From positions 588,585-652,584 of the forward strand of contig CAWCOL010000009.1 in assembly GCA_963797175.1 (NCBI GenBank): a DNA stretch of 64,000 nt, written 5' to 3'. Position 1 is the first letter of the stretch, and each line of letters begins with the position of its first letter. This DNA comes from an uncultured Actinomycetes bacterium. GTDB lineage: Bacteria; Actinomycetota; Thermoleophilia; Gaiellales; JAICJC01. Both the position numbers and the translations under genes were made by a program. This document shows positions 1 through 9,055 of this stretch, piece after piece. The notes under the pieces were generated by a model. It was given only the letters and a program-made list of their open reading frames with translations, made no database searches and was not told the DNA's origin.

Positions 1-1451
1 GCCTTGCCGCCGAGCTGCTCACCCGTGAGCACGGCCACCTGATCGGCGGCGAGTGGGTGCCCTCGCGGTCGGGCAAGACGTTCCCCGTCTACAACCCCGC
101 GAACGGCGAGGTGATCGCCAACGTCGCCCACGGCGACCGGCACGACATCGACGCCGCGGTCACCGCCGCCCGCACGGCCCTCGACGGCCCCTGGTCGCGG
201 ATGCCGCACACGGAGCGCGCGCGCCTCCTGTTCGCCCTCGCCGACCTGGTCGAGGAGCGGGCCGATGAGCTGGCGCTGATCGACACGCTGGACAACGGCA
301 AGCCCTTCCGCGCGGCCCGCGAGGTCGATCTGGAGAGCGCGATCGACGAGCTGCGCGAGTCGGCGGGCTGGGCCACCAAGATCCTGGGCGACTCGGTGCG
401 CGTGCCCGAAGGCGACGTCCACGCCTACACCGTGCGCGAGCCGGTCGGCGTGTGCGGGCTGATCGTGCCCTGGAACTACCCGTTCATGATCGCGATCGAG
501 AAGGTCGCACCGGCGCTGGCGGCCGGCTGCACCGCGGTGCTGAAGCCCGCCGAGCAGACGCCGCTGTCGGCGCTCGCGCTGGGGCAGCTGCTGCTCGAGG
601 TCGGCTTCCCCGAGGGCGTGCTCAACATCGTCACCGGCGAGGGCGACGCCGGCGCCGCGCTGGCGGAGCACCCCGACGTGGACAAGATCTCGTTCACCGG
701 CTCGACCGAGGTCGGCAAGTCGATCATCCGGGCCGCGAGCGGGAACCTGAAGCGCGTCACCCTGGAGCTGGGCGGCAAGTCGCCGGTCGTGATCTTCCCG
801 GACGCCGATCTCGACAAGGCGATCCGCGGCGCGGCGAACGGGATCTTCGCCAACAGCGGCCAGGTCTGCGTGGCCAACTCCCGCCTGTACGCCCACCGCG
901 ACGTGTTCGACCAGGTGGTCGAGGGGATCGCCGACCGGGCCCGCAAGCTCCAGGTCGGCCCCGGAACCGATCCGGCCAGCGACATCGGGCCGCTGGTGTC
1001 GCAGGAGCAGTTCGACCGCGTGTCGGGCTACCTCGCGTCGGGCTCCGAGGAGGGGGCGACGACGATCGCGGGCGGCGGGCGGCTCGACCGCGAGGGCTAC
1101 TTCGTCGAGCCGACCGTGCTGGTGAACGTGCAGCCGGACATGCGGATCATGCGCGAGGAGATCTTCGGCCCCGTACTGGCCGCCGACTCGTTCGACGACG
1201 ACGACCTCCAGCGCATCGCCGACGACGCCAACGACACCACCTACGGCCTCGCTGCCTACGTGTGGACGCGCGACGTCGGCGTGGCACACAAGATGGCGAG
1301 CAAGATCAAGGCGGGCTCGGTGCGCATCAACGGCGGATTCGCGCCGGGAATGCCGTTCGGCGGCTACAAGCAGTCGGGGTGGGGCCGCGAGCAGGGGCGC
1401 GGCGGCATCGAGGCCTACACCGAGGTGAAGTCGGTCACGATCGGCCTCTGA
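1..1451 (+). CDS. aldehyde dehydrogenase family protein (5' end upstream of window)
   Basis: The frame is open back to base 1 (..HLIGGEWVPSRSGKTFPVYNPANGEVIA..). ALDH hallmarks are present: GLIVPWNYP, ELGGKSP, the Cys region NSGQVCVANSR and the C-terminal PFGGYKQSGWGRE. Confidence 0.93.
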   Translation, partial: LAAELLTREHGHLIGGEWVPSRSGKTFPVYNPANGEVIANVAHGDRHDIDAAVTAARTALDGPWSRMPHTERARLLFALADLVEERADELALIDTLDNGKPFRAAREVDLESAIDELRESAGWATKILGDSVRVPEGDVHAYTVREPVGVCGLIVPWNYPFMIAIEKVAPALAAGCTAVLKPAEQTPLSALALGQLLLEVGFPEGVLNIVTGEGDAGAALAEHPDVDKISFTGSTEVGKSIIRAASGNLKRVTLELGGKSPVVIFPDADLDKAIRGAANGIFANSGQVCVANSRLYAHRDVFDQVVEGIADRARKLQVGPGTDPASDIGPLVSQEQFDRVSGYLASGSEEGATTIAGGGRLDREGYFVEPTVLVNVQPDMRIMREEIFGPVLAADSFDDDDLQRIADDANDTTYGLAAYVWTRDVGVAHKMASKIKAGSVRINGGFAPGMPFGGYKQSGWGREQGRGGIEAYTEVKSVTIGL

Positions 1452-1518
1452 CGTCCGCTCGCGCGACGGCGGGGGTCGGAATAAGATGAACGTCGCCACC
1501 GACACAGAGAGGGACTAG

Positions 1519-2886
1519 ATGAGCGACTACGCAGTGATCAACCCGGCGACGGGCGAGCAGATCAAGGAGTACCCGACGATCAGCGACGGCGACCTCGCCG
1601 CGGCGATCGACGCGGCCGACCGCGCGCACCGCGAGTGGTCGCGGAAGACGGGCGTGGAGGAGCGCGCCGCGCTCGTGCGCCGCGTCGGCGCGCTGCACAC
1701 CGAGCGCCGCCAGGAGCTCGCCGAGATCATCTCGCGCGAGATGGGCAAGCCGGTGGAGCAGGCGCTGGGCGAGGTCGATTTCTGCGCGGCGATCTACGCG
1801 TACTACGCCGACAACGCGACGTCGCTGCTGGCGGACGAGCCGATCAACCTGTCCGAAGGCGACGGCTCCGCGTTCGTGCGCCGCAGCTCGATCGGCGTCA
1901 TTCTCGGGATCATGCCGTGGAACTACCCGTACTACCAGGTCGCCCGCTTCGCCGGCCCGAACCTCGTGGTCGGCAACACGATCCTGCTCAAGCACGCGCC
2001 GCAGTGCCCCGAGTCCGCGGCGGCGATCCAGAAGATGTACGACGACGCCGGCTTCCCGGCGGGCGCGTACACCAACATCTACGCGACGAACGATCAGATC
2101 GCCGACGTGATCGCCGATCCGCGCGTGCAGGGCGTCTCGGTCACCGGCTCGGAGCGCGCAGGCGCGGCCGTCGCCGAGGTGGCCGGGCGCAACCTGAAGA
2201 AGGTCGTGCTCGAGTTGGGCGGCTCCGACCCGTTCATCCTGCTCAGCACCGACAACATCGACAGCGTCGTCGACTCCGCGGTGGCCGCGCGGCTCGAGAA
2301 CGCCGGCCAGGCCTGCAACGCGGCCAAGCGCTTCATCGTCGCGGACAACCTCTACGACCCGTTCGTGCAGAAGCTGACCGCGGCGCTCGAGGCCGTCGAG
2401 CCGGGCGACCCGTCGTCGTCTGACACCGAGATGGGGCCGCTCTCGTCGACCCTCGCAGCCGACCGGCTGGAGGATCAGCTGAAGCGGGCGACGTCGCAGG
2501 GCGCGAAGCTCGAGGGCGGCAGCCGCAAGGGCAACTTCATCGCGCCGGGCGTGCTGACCGGTGTCGAGCCCGGCAACGACGCCTACCGCGAGGAGCTGTT
2601 CGGCCCGATCGCGATCGTGTTCAAGGTCGGCTCCGAGGAGGAGGCGGTCACGCTCGCCAACGACACGCCCTTCGGGCTCGGCTCGTACCTGTTCACCACC
2701 GACGACGACCAGGCGTTGCGCGTCGCCGACCGGATCGAGGCGGGCATGGTGTTCATCAACGTCGTCGGCGCCGACGCCGCAGAGCTGCCGTTCGGCGGGG
2801 TCAAGCGCTCCGGCTTCGGCCGCGAGCTCGGCCGCTACGCGACCGAGGAGTTCGTCAACCGCAAGATGGTGCGCGTCGGCGGCTGA
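1519..2886 (+). CDS. NAD(P)+-dependent succinate-semialdehyde dehydrogenase-like aldehyde dehydrogenase
   Basis: 455-aa ORF starting MSDYAVINPATGE. It contains IMPWNYPYYQ, LELGGSDP, GQACNAAKRF and PFGGVKRSGFGRELG. A purine-rich SD-like sequence (agagaggga) precedes the ATG. Confidence 0.9.
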   Translation: MSDYAVINPATGEQIKEYPTISDGDLAAAIDAADRAHREWSRKTGVEERAALVRRVGALHTERRQELAEIISREMGKPVEQALGEVDFCAAIYAYYADNATSLLADEPINLSEGDGSAFVRRSSIGVILGIMPWNYPYYQVARFAGPNLVVGNTILLKHAPQCPESAAAIQKMYDDAGFPAGAYTNIYATNDQIADVIADPRVQGVSVTGSERAGAAVAEVAGRNLKKVVLELGGSDPFILLSTDNIDSVVDSAVAARLENAGQACNAAKRFIVADNLYDPFVQKLTAALEAVEPGDPSSSDTEMGPLSSTLAADRLEDQLKRATSQGAKLEGGSRKGNFIAPGVLTGVEPGNDAYREELFGPIAIVFKVGSEEEAVTLANDTPFGLGSYLFTTDDDQALRVADRIEAGMVFINVVGADAAELPFGGVKRSGFGRELGRYATEEFVNRKMVRVGG

Positions 2887-2925
2887 GCGGCCGGTCGCGT
2901 CCGCGATCGCCCCGGCGGGCGAGGA

Positions 2926-4335
2926 TCAGATGCCCTCGACGGCGTTGACCTCGCCCGCCGCGACCGCCTCCCGCAGGCGGGCGTGGTCGCGCTCGTTCTG
3001 GTCGGCGTAGAGCTCGGCGAACCGCCCCATCGCCCGGTCGAAGACCGGGCCCTTGCCCAGGTAGGCGGCGATCGCCAGGCGATCGCCGGAGCGGGCATGG
3101 GAGCGCGCCAGCGACCAGGCGCAGGCACGGGTGTAGGTGAGCAGGCCGTGCTCGGTCATCCGTGACAGGTCGGCCGACGCCTTCCAGTCCCACAGCTGCC
3201 GCACATAGAAGTCGCGCTCGGTGCCGTCCAGGTCGGGGCTGCGCTGCCAGCTGAGGAAGATGTCGGTCGCCGCCTGCATCATCCGCTGGCCGCGGACGAC
3301 CCGCTCGCCGTGGCTGGGGAACTCGCTGCGCCCCAGGTACGGCTCCAGCACCGAGGCCTGCGCCTCCTTTGCCTGGAGCATGACCGCGTCCTCGCCTCCG
3401 CGGCCGACCAGCAGGATCACCCACGCCCGGGTGCCGACGCTGCCGATGCCGACGACCTTGCGGGCCATATCCGCCAGCTCGTAGGAGCGGACGAGGTGCT
3501 GGCGGTCGGCGTGCAGACCGGCGATGTACTGCTCGAGCAGCCCGGCCACGTACTCGCGGCGCTCATCGCGGTCGCCCTCGAACAGCTCCCGCAGCGGCGT
3601 CAGCAGCGGCGGCACGCTGACGAACCGGAGCCGCCCGTCCACCGTCTCGGTCAGCTTGCGCACGGCCCGGGCGCTGTCCTTGCGCCGTCCCTTGTCGAAC
3701 GTGCGGGTGAACAGCTCGTGGCTGTCGGCGTCGAGCTTGGTGCCGAAGCGCGCCGTCAGCTCGTCGGCGTCCAGGCGCTCGTACCAGGCGTCGAGGTAGC
3801 TCTCCTTGGCGAACTCGCGCATGCCCTCGCGGTACTCGCGGACGGTGCGCTCGACGATGCCGCGGCGGCGCGCGGCCGGCAGGTCGATGTCGCGGCCGGC
3901 GATCTCGATGCTCGCCACCATCCGCTTGAGGTCCCACTCCCACGGGCCGGGCAGCGTCTCGTCGAAGTCGTTCGCGCCGAACACCAGGTGGCGGTCGGGC
4001 GCCGCGAACCCGCCGAAGTTGGAGATGTGGGCGTCACCGCACGCCTGCACGATCAGGCCGGAGACCGGGGTCGGGGCGAGGTCGGCCGCCATCACCGCCG
4101 CGGCGCCGCGGAAGAACGTGAACGGCGAGACCAGCATCCGGCCGTAGCGGATCGGCACCAGCTCGGGCAGGCGCGACGCGGCCTGCTGGTGCAGCGTCGC
4201 CACCGGATCGGGCCGGCCCGGACCCGGCGCCCACTCCGCGTGGCTCGACCGCGGCGCGAACTGCCGGGCCAGCCGCCCACGCTCCTCGTCCTCGCCATTC
4301 TCCAGGCGGGCGACGGCTGCGGTACTGGTGGACAT
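2926..4335 (-). CDS. DUF2252 domain-containing protein
   Basis: Characteristic N-terminal region (SRLPELVPIRYGRMLVSPFTFFRGAA..ACGDAHISNFG). I chose the ATG at 4335 (MSTSTAAVARLE) rather than the ORF-track start at 4578, which would run into the sulfatase gene. Confidence 0.8.
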   Translation of the reverse strand: MSTSTAAVARLENGEDEERGRLARQFAPRSSHAEWAPGPGRPDPVATLHQQAASRLPELVPIRYGRMLVSPFTFFRGAAAVMAADLAPTPVSGLIVQACGDAHISNFGGFAAPDRHLVFGANDFDETLPGPWEWDLKRMVASIEIAGRDIDLPAARRRGIVERTVREYREGMREFAKESYLDAWYERLDADELTARFGTKLDADSHELFTRTFDKGRRKDSARAVRKLTETVDGRLRFVSVPPLLTPLRELFEGDRDERREYVAGLLEQYIAGLHADRQHLVRSYELADMARKVVGIGSVGTRAWVILLVGRGGEDAVMLQAKEAQASVLEPYLGRSEFPSHGERVVRGQRMMQAATDIFLSWQRSPDLDGTERDFYVRQLWDWKASADLSRMTEHGLLTYTRACAWSLARSHARSGDRLAIAAYLGKGPVFDRAMGRFAELYADQNERDHARLREAVAAGEVNAVEGI

Positions 4336-4461
4336 CAGCCAAAACGGTACCCGCATCGCGCCCGGCGCGAGTCCGCGGTTGACGGATTCTGCGCGCGCCC
4401 CACCCGCACCCGCGGTACGATCGCACCAACTGGATGGGACAGCCGAGGGGTTGGTGTCAGC

Positions 4462-6811
4462 ATGGCCAAGCGCGACTTCAAGGGTGTTGTCAACATTGAT
4501 ATCAAGGACTCGACGCCGGACTGGGAGCCGTTCACCCAGCCGATCGCCGAGCCCGACTCGCCGAACGTCGCTGTACATCGTCCTGGACGACGTCGGCTTC
4601 TCGGCGATGGCGCCGTTCGGCGGCCTGATCGAGACGCCGAACGTCCAGCGGATCGCCGACGCGGGCCTGACCTACACGAACTTCCACACCACGGCGCTGT
4701 GCTCGCCCACCCGCTCGTGCCTGCTCACCGGGCGCAACCACACCACCAACGGGATGGGCTGCATCACCGAGGCGACGTCCGGGTTCCCCAACGCGAACGG
4801 GCACATCCCGTTCGAGTGCGCGAACCTCGCCGAGGTGCTGGTCGAGCGCGGCTGGAACACGTACCACGTCGGCAAGTGGCACCTGTGCGCCGAGGACGAG
4901 ATGAACCTGGCGTCGTCGAAGCGGCAGTGGCCGCTGGGCCGCGGGTTCGAGCGCTACTACGGCTTCCTCGGCGGCGAGACGAACCAGTGGTATCCCGACC
5001 TGGTCTACGACAACCACCCGGTGCGGCAGCCGGCCACGCCCGAGGAGGGCTACCACCTGAGCGTGGATCTGACCGACCGGGCGATCGAGTTCGTGCAGGA
5101 CGCGAAGGCGATCGCCCCGGACAAGCCCTTCTTCCTCTACTACTGCCCGGGTGCCGCGCACGCGCCGCACCACGCCCCCAAGGAGTGGATCGACAAGTAC
5201 AAGGGCACGTTCGACATGGGCTACGAGGCGTACCGCGAGGGCGTTTTCGACCGCCAGAAGGAGCTGGGGATCATCCCCGCCGACGCCGAGCTCTCGCCGA
5301 TCGACCCGTACATCGACACCACCAGCCACGACGGCAAGCCGTGGTCGGCCGGCGACCGGGTGTTGCCCTGGGAGACGCTGTCCGAGGACGAGAAGCGCCT
5401 GTTCCGGCGGATGGCCGAGGTCTACGCCGGGTTCCTGGCCCACGCCGACCACCAGCTCGGCCGCCTGCTGGACTTCCTCGAGGAGTCGGGTGAGCTCGAC
5501 AACACGATCATGGTGCTCGTCTCCGACAACGGCGCGTCCGGCGAGGGCGGGCCGAACGGGTCGGTGAACGAGAACAAGTTCTTCAACGGCATCCCGGACT
5601 CGATGGAGGAGAACCTCAAGCAGCTCGACGACCTGGGCAGCCCGCGCACCTACAACCACTACCCGACCGGTTGGGCCTGGGCCTTCAACACGCCGTTCAA
5701 GCTGTGGAAGCGCTACGCGAACTTCGAGGGCGGCACCGCCGACCCGCTGCTCGTCTCCTGGCCGAAGGGGATCGCCGCCCGGGGCGAGGTGCGCCGCCAG
5801 TACAACCACGCGGTGGACATCGTGCCGACGCTGCTGGACTGCCTCGAGATCGAGATGCCCGAGGTCGTCAAGGGGTACACGCAGCACCCGATCGAGGGCG
5901 TCAGCTTCGCCGGGACGTTCGCCGACGCGGATGCCGCGACGCCGAAGACGACGCAGTTCTACTCGATGCTGGGCACGCGGGCGATCTGGCACGACGGCTG
6001 GAAGGCGGCCACGGCCGTCCCCGCCGCGCCGGACTCGTGGGGCGACTTCGCCCAGCAGCGCTGGGAGCTGTACGACACGACGTCGGATCCGACCGAGTGC
6101 CACGACCTGGCGGACGCCGACCCGGTCAAGCTCCAGGAGCTGATCGGGCTGTGGTGGGCGGAGGCCGGCCGCTACCAGGCGCTGCCGCTGGAGTCCCGTG
6201 GAGCGATCGAGATCCTGGGCACGCAGCGGCCCGAGCTGTCGCGGCCGCGGACGCGCTACATCTACCGCCCCGGCGGCGCCGAGATCCCCGAGTCGGTCGC
6301 GCCGAACATGCGCAACCGCTCGTTCACGATCGCGGCGGAGCTGGACGTCGAGACGGCGGAGGCCGGCGGCGTGCTCTTCTCGCAGGGCTCGCGGTTCGGC
6401 GGGCAGGCCCTCGCGATCAGAGGCGGGAAGCTGGTCTTCATCTACAACTTCATCGGGCAGCGGATCCAGGAGGTCGAGTCCTCCGCGGCGGTGCCGACCG
6501 GCCACGTGGTCGTCTCGGCGTCGTTCGAGCGCGAGAACGCCGAGCTGCCGGCGACGGGGACGCTGACCCTCTACATCCGCGACGAGGCGGTCGGATCGGC
6601 GACGATCATGACCCAGCCGGGCAAGTTCGGGCTGGGCGGCGGCGGGCTGGTCGTGGGAGCGGCGGGCGCGGAGCCGGTCACGGACGACCTTCCCGGCGAG
6701 GCGCCACACGCGTTCGTCGGCGGCACGATCAAGCGGCTGGCGATCGACGTCAGCGGCGAGGCGTTCGTCGACCTGGCGGCCGAGGCACGGGCGGCGTTCG
6801 CCCGGCAGTGA
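4462..6811 (+). pseudogene. arylsulfatase (AtsA-like, formylglycine type), reading frame interrupted near 4570
   Basis: The conserved N-terminus MAKRDFKGVVNIDIKDSTPDWEPFTQPIAEPDSPNV lies in one frame (ATG 4462). The rest (LYIVLDDVGF..HTTALCSPTRSCLLTGRN..GKWHL..VSDNGASGEGG) lies in the +1-offset frame down to the stop at 6811. An extra base at about 4570 explains this. Confidence 0.75.
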
Positions 6812-6820
6812 CCTGCGGGC

Positions 6821-7486
6821 TCAGTTCCGCGCCTCGGCTCGTGCGAGGAGCTGCTCGAAGAAGGGACGGAGGTCGGCCGGGAGCTCGTCAACGGCGAGCG
6901 CCCGGCGCAGGCCGTCGGCGTCGTCCCGGTCGCCGGCGATCAGCCGGGTCAGCTCGCTGACCGCGACACGGGCGGGGTGGCGCGCGAGCACCTCGACCGG
7001 GTCGCCGGCGCCGATGTCACCCTCGACCGCGATGCGCAGGTAGTAGCCGGTGCGGCCCGCCGCCAGGAAGCGCCGCACCATGCCGGCGTCCTGGAAGTGC
7101 ACGCCCAGCTTGTAGCAGGGCAGCCGCGGCTGCGTCACGACCAGCTCGACCGAGCCGATTCGCAGGCGGTCGCCGATCGCGACATCGTCCTCGAGCGGCG
7201 CGCCCTCGATCGTGAGGTTCTCGCCAAAGGCGCCCCACCCCAGACTCCGGCCCAGCTGGTCCCGCCAGAACGGGTAGTGCTCTGCGGGATAGGCGTAGAT
7301 CGCCTTGTCGGGGCCGCCATGCACCGTCAGGTCGGCCTGGCCGTCGCCCTCGAGGTTGACGCCGGCAGCACGGACACGCCCTTCGACCGGCCGCTTCAGG
7401 ATCCCGGTCGTGACCGGCTCACCCCGCCACGTCGTCGTGCGAGGCAGGCCGACGTTCAGCGAGACGACGCGCGCGACGGTGCTCAC
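6821..7486 (-). CDS. MOSC domain-containing protein (YiiM-like)
   Basis: 221 aa from the GTG at 7486. Motifs include GDGQADLTVHGGPDKAIYAY, GENLTIEG and VVTQPRLPCYKLG. The GTG start overlaps the upstream gene's TGA (GTGA). Confidence 0.85.
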   Translation of the reverse strand: MSTVARVVSLNVGLPRTTTWRGEPVTTGILKRPVEGRVRAAGVNLEGDGQADLTVHGGPDKAIYAYPAEHYPFWRDQLGRSLGWGAFGENLTIEGAPLEDDVAIGDRLRIGSVELVVTQPRLPCYKLGVHFQDAGMVRRFLAAGRTGYYLRIAVEGDIGAGDPVEVLARHPARVAVSELTRLIAGDRDDADGLRRALAVDELPADLRPFFEQLLARAEARN

Positions 7487-8646
7487 CGGTCGATCGGCGT
7501 CGAGCCGTCCACGGCCGGCAGCGACATCGCCGCGCGGCGCATCGAGAACATCGCAGCGTCGTCGCGGGCGACGCCCAGGGCGACGTCCGCGACCAGCTCG
7601 CCCAGCGCCGGCCCGAACTTGAACGCGTGGCCCGAGCAGCCGCAGGCGACGACCAGCGGCCCGTCGGCGTCGATCACGAAGTCGGTGTCGGGCGTCATCG
7701 TCCACGGGTGGCGCTGGCTCTCCAGCACGGATGCGGGCGTGCTCGGGAAGCGGCGGTGCACCCACTCGGCCAGCTCGCCCTGTTCGCGCAGGTCGGGCGG
7801 CCACTCCGTGGCCGAGCCGCTCCACGGCTCGGGCCCACCGGCATCGAACGCAAACTTGTAGCCGACGCCGGGCACCGGGTGGCCGTAGACGCCGCGGCCG
7901 CTCTGCTCGATCCCCCAGTCCGCGATCCCCGGCCGGCCGACCAACGCGGGCAGATCGAAGTAGGTGACCTGGGCGACCGCCGGGGTGAGCGGCAGATCGA
8001 TGCCGAGCGGCAGGAGCAGCTCGGACGCCCACGGGCCGGCGGCGATGACGACCATGGCGGCGCGGAGCGCTCGCGTCCCGGTCGTGATCTGCGCCTCACC
8101 GTGCCCCGGCACGAGCTCGGTGACGCGTTCGCGCACCAGCTGCGCGCCGAGTCGCTCGGCGGCCACGGCCATCGCATCCATGCCCTCGGAGGCACGCACG
8201 GTGCCGCCGGTCGCGTGGTGCAGGGCGTGCTCGCCGGGTGCGAGACGCAGCTCGGGGAAGGCGGATGCCAGCGCCGCGGCGTCGACCATGCGCGACTCGA
8301 TCCCCTCAGCCGCCATGCCCTCGCCGAGATGGTCGAGCAGGTCGGCCGGCCCCAGATCGACCTGGCCCGTGAGGTGCAGGATCGTGTGGCCGGTCTCGGC
8401 CTCGAGCGCCCGCCACGCGTCGATCGCCTCGCGCGCGAGGCGGACGTACGCCGGCTCGGTGTACGCGGTGCGGATCGAGCGCGACGCGCCGGTGGACGAC
8501 GTCAGCGGATGGCCGGAGCCGAGCGCGTCCAGCGCGACCACGCGGCGGCCGCGGCGCGCGAGCGCCAGCGTCGTCGCCAGGCCGATCAGGCCCTGGCCGA
8601 CGACCACGACGTCGTGGTGATCCGCTCCGTCACGCATCGGCCGCAC
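7483..8646 (-). CDS. FAD-dependent oxidoreductase (DAO family, monomeric sarcosine oxidase / N-methyl-amino-acid oxidase-like)
   Basis: N-terminal dinucleotide-binding motif DVVVVGQGLIGLATTLALARRG. The C-terminal region CGCSGHAFKFGPALGE is typical of MSOX/SolA-type enzymes. Confidence 0.8.
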   Translation of the reverse strand: MRPMRDGADHHDVVVVGQGLIGLATTLALARRGRRVVALDALGSGHPLTSSTGASRSIRTAYTEPAYVRLAREAIDAWRALEAETGHTILHLTGQVDLGPADLLDHLGEGMAAEGIESRMVDAAALASAFPELRLAPGEHALHHATGGTVRASEGMDAMAVAAERLGAQLVRERVTELVPGHGEAQITTGTRALRAAMVVIAAGPWASELLLPLGIDLPLTPAVAQVTYFDLPALVGRPGIADWGIEQSGRGVYGHPVPGVGYKFAFDAGGPEPWSGSATEWPPDLREQGELAEWVHRRFPSTPASVLESQRHPWTMTPDTDFVIDADGPLVVACGCSGHAFKFGPALGELVADVALGVARDDAAMFSMRRAAMSLPAVDGSTPIDR

Positions 8647-8692
8647 TATCCCGCACCCGCCACCCTCGAGGTTCCAATCGGGTCAGAGGGAG

Positions 8693-9055
8693 CTATCGGC
8701 CGGCGATGACCGCGACCACGGCGGCGAGCACCAGGCCGTACGCCGCCGCCCGGTGCATCGTGCGGCGGGCGTGGTAGCCGGCAGCGAGGCGGGCAACCCG
8801 GGCCGCGGAGCCGGCGTTGGCGAGCGCGTCCAGCGGCGCCCGCGGCACGTCGGACAGCGTCCGTGCCTGCCAGTAGCCGATCATCCGGCGCGTCTCGGAC
8901 CGCGCCCGCATGCGGTGCACCGGCAGGCGCCGGTGCCGCTCCAGCCAGTAGGCGAGCGACTCGAGCGACTGCTCGACATCGGGTGCGAGCATCTCGCGGA
9001 CGATCCGGTCGTCGTCGGCACCGGCCATGCCGACATCGTAGGCGCTAGCAGCCAC
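8693..9055 (-). CDS. hypothetical protein with C-terminal transmembrane helix
   Basis: 120-aa ORF in an operon position between the hydrolase and oxidase genes. It has high G/C third positions and a hydrophobic C-terminus (AAAYGLVLAAVVAVIAG). No family recognised. Confidence 0.5.
   Translation of the reverse strand: MAASAYDVGMAGADDDRIVREMLAPDVEQSLESLAYWLERHRRLPVHRMRARSETRRMIGYWQARTLSDVPRAPLDALANAGSAARVARLAAGYHARRTMHRAAAYGLVLAAVVAVIAGR

Noticed and set aside
4560-4580. Programmed ribosomal frameshifting at the three frame breaks (4570, 13650, 58805)
   Set aside because: There is no slippery heptamer, no shared sequence context and no obvious stimulatory structure. All three require a net +1 shift in unrelated genes. 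An indel or pseudogene explanation is favoured.
3310-6709. Long ORFs 3310-5493 (+) and 4532-6709 (-) overlapping the DUF2252 and arylsulfatase genes
   Set aside because: These are GC-driven artefacts. The only meaningful part of 3310-5493 is the 36-codon sulfatase N-terminus (4462-4569), which is discussed as a frameshift.
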